A DNA stretch of 64,000 nucleotides, from assembly GCA_023818695.1 (NCBI GenBank), contig JAMWCF010000001.1:531306-595305 (forward strand). Reading direction: 5' to 3'. Below are positions 63,152 to 64,000 of the stretch, in pieces. The stretch's first letter is position 1. Each line of letters starts with the position of its first letter. The DNA is from Candidatus Omnitrophota bacterium. GTDB taxonomy: Bacteria; Omnitrophota; Gorgyraeia; 1-14-0-20-64-10. Below the pieces are notes generated by a model. The model was not told the DNA's origin and searched no databases. It worked only from the letters and a program-made list of their open reading frames with translations. The translations under genes and the position numbers were made by a program.

Positions 63152-64000
63152 TTATTTGTGAATCAAACGCAGAAACTCTTCAGGATCCGACGACCTGGCC
63201 AGGGCCTCCTCGTAAGCAATATCCCCCTTCAGATGTAGTTCGGCCAAAGACTGGTTCATCGTCCTCATTCCCTCCCGCTGACTCGTCTGAATCACGGAAT
63301 AGATCTGATGCGTCTTCCCCTCCCGGATGAGGGCCCGGACGGCCGGGTTGGCGATCATGATCTCAATCCCAAGCACCCGGCCTTTTCCGCCCTCCTTTGG
63401 AATCAGCTGCTGGGTCATGACGGCCAGGAGGACGAACGACAGCTGAATACGAACCTGCTGCTGCTGATGGGCCGGGAAAACGTCCACGATGCGGTTGACG
63501 GTCTGTACGGCGTCGTTGGTGTGCAAGGTAGCGAAAACCAGGTGCCCTGTTTCCGCGATATTGAGGGCTGCTTCGATCGTTTCCAGGTCCCTCATTTCTC
63601 CGATGAGGATCACATTCGGGTCCTCGCGGAGGACGTGCTTGAGGGCATTGGCGAAGCTGTGCGTGTCCATCCCCACTTCCCGCTGATCTACGATCGCCTT
63701 CTTGTTCGTGTAGACGTACTCGATCGGGTCCTCGACGGTGATGATGTGGCATGTCCGGCTGTTGTTGATCCATTCCACCATGGAGGCCATTGTGGTCGAC
63801 TTGCCGCTTCCTGTCGCTCCAGTGATCAGAACAAGCCCTCTTTTTTTCCTGCACAAGTCTTCCATGATCTTGGGCGGCAAACCGCACTGCTCGAAGTTTC
63901 GGATCTCGGCCGGCAGAAGGCGCAGGGCCACGCTGACGGAACTCCGCTGCAGGAAGATGTTAACCCGGAACCGGCCCATCCCGCTGACGCCGAAAGACAT
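63152..64000 (-). CDS. pilT: type IV pilus retraction ATPase PilT (N-terminus outside window)
   Basis: Open to the window edge. LITGATGSGKSTT, IITVEDPIEY, ILIGEMRD, GHLVFATLHTND, and a C-terminal REGMRTMNQSLAELHLKGDI typical of PilT. No T2SSE_N domain. Confidence 0.9.
   Translation of the reverse strand: MSFGVSGMGRFRVNIFLQRSSVSVALRLLPAEIRNFEQCGLPPKIMEDLCRKKRGLVLITGATGSGKSTTMASMVEWINNSRTCHIITVEDPIEYVYTNKKAIVDQREVGMDTHSFANALKHVLREDPNVILIGEMRDLETIEAALNIAETGHLVFATLHTNDAVQTVNRIVDVFPAHQQQQVRIQLSFVLLAVMTQQLIPKEGGKGRVLGIEIMIANPAVRALIREGKTHQIYSVIQTSQREGMRTMNQSLAELHLKGDIAYEEALARSSDPEEFLRLIHK

Noticed and set aside
1-64000. Search for CRISPR arrays, IS elements, toxin-antitoxin pairs, restriction-modification or other defence systems
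   Set aside because: I found no regularly spaced repeats, no terminal inverted repeats, and no nuclease, methylase, ATPase-nuclease or small two-gene cassettes. Every sizeable ORF is accounted for by housekeeping or pilus functions.

Overview
GC-rich (about 60% by eye) bacterial chromosomal segment. After one partial plus-strand gene (radical SAM, 3..644), everything from the tRNA-Met at 652 to the window end runs on the minus strand, and many stop and start codons overlap. The first 43 kb is housekeeping. It contains mnmA; panB-folD-fchA-fhs (C1/folate); yraN-rnhB-rplS-trmD-rpsP; murA-prmC-prfA-rpmE-rho-coaE-glgA-polA; a TPR/coiled-coil protein; and larB plus a short larC. It continues with an HTH-TM protein, a bactofilin-HTH fusion, mgtC, tsaD and an S41 protease, then gatCAB, rsmA-pdxA-surA, a short mfd and argS-rsfS. 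The block ends with nadD-proA-proB-obg-rpmA-rplU. The accessory part (43.5-64 kb) is a complete type IV filament system arranged in a T2SS-like order: pilT, a stand-alone T2SSE_N/MshEN-domain protein, two PilB/GspE ATPases and pilC. These are followed by a major pilin with its own promoter, SD and terminator, two E5 minor pilins, and two tandem ~435-aa PilX_N/GspK-like non-E5 proteins with solenoid-like bodies. A small Pro-rich membrane protein and pilMNOPQ complete it, and a second pilin paralog lies 14 kb away. These two tandem ~435-aa proteins are my best candidate for something undescribed. Other notable points are the bactofilin-HTH fusion and an Mfd lacking the UvrA-recruiting and D7 modules. 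There is also a 46-aa zinc-ribbon ORF below the ORF-track cutoff, and a recurrent -10 hexamer exactly 9 nt upstream of SD-less start codons, which suggests leaderless mRNAs. I saw no CRISPR array, transposase, integrase or recognisable defence system. All family assignments come from reading motifs by eye; no searches were run. The long plus-strand ORFs in the track are antisense shadows of real genes.
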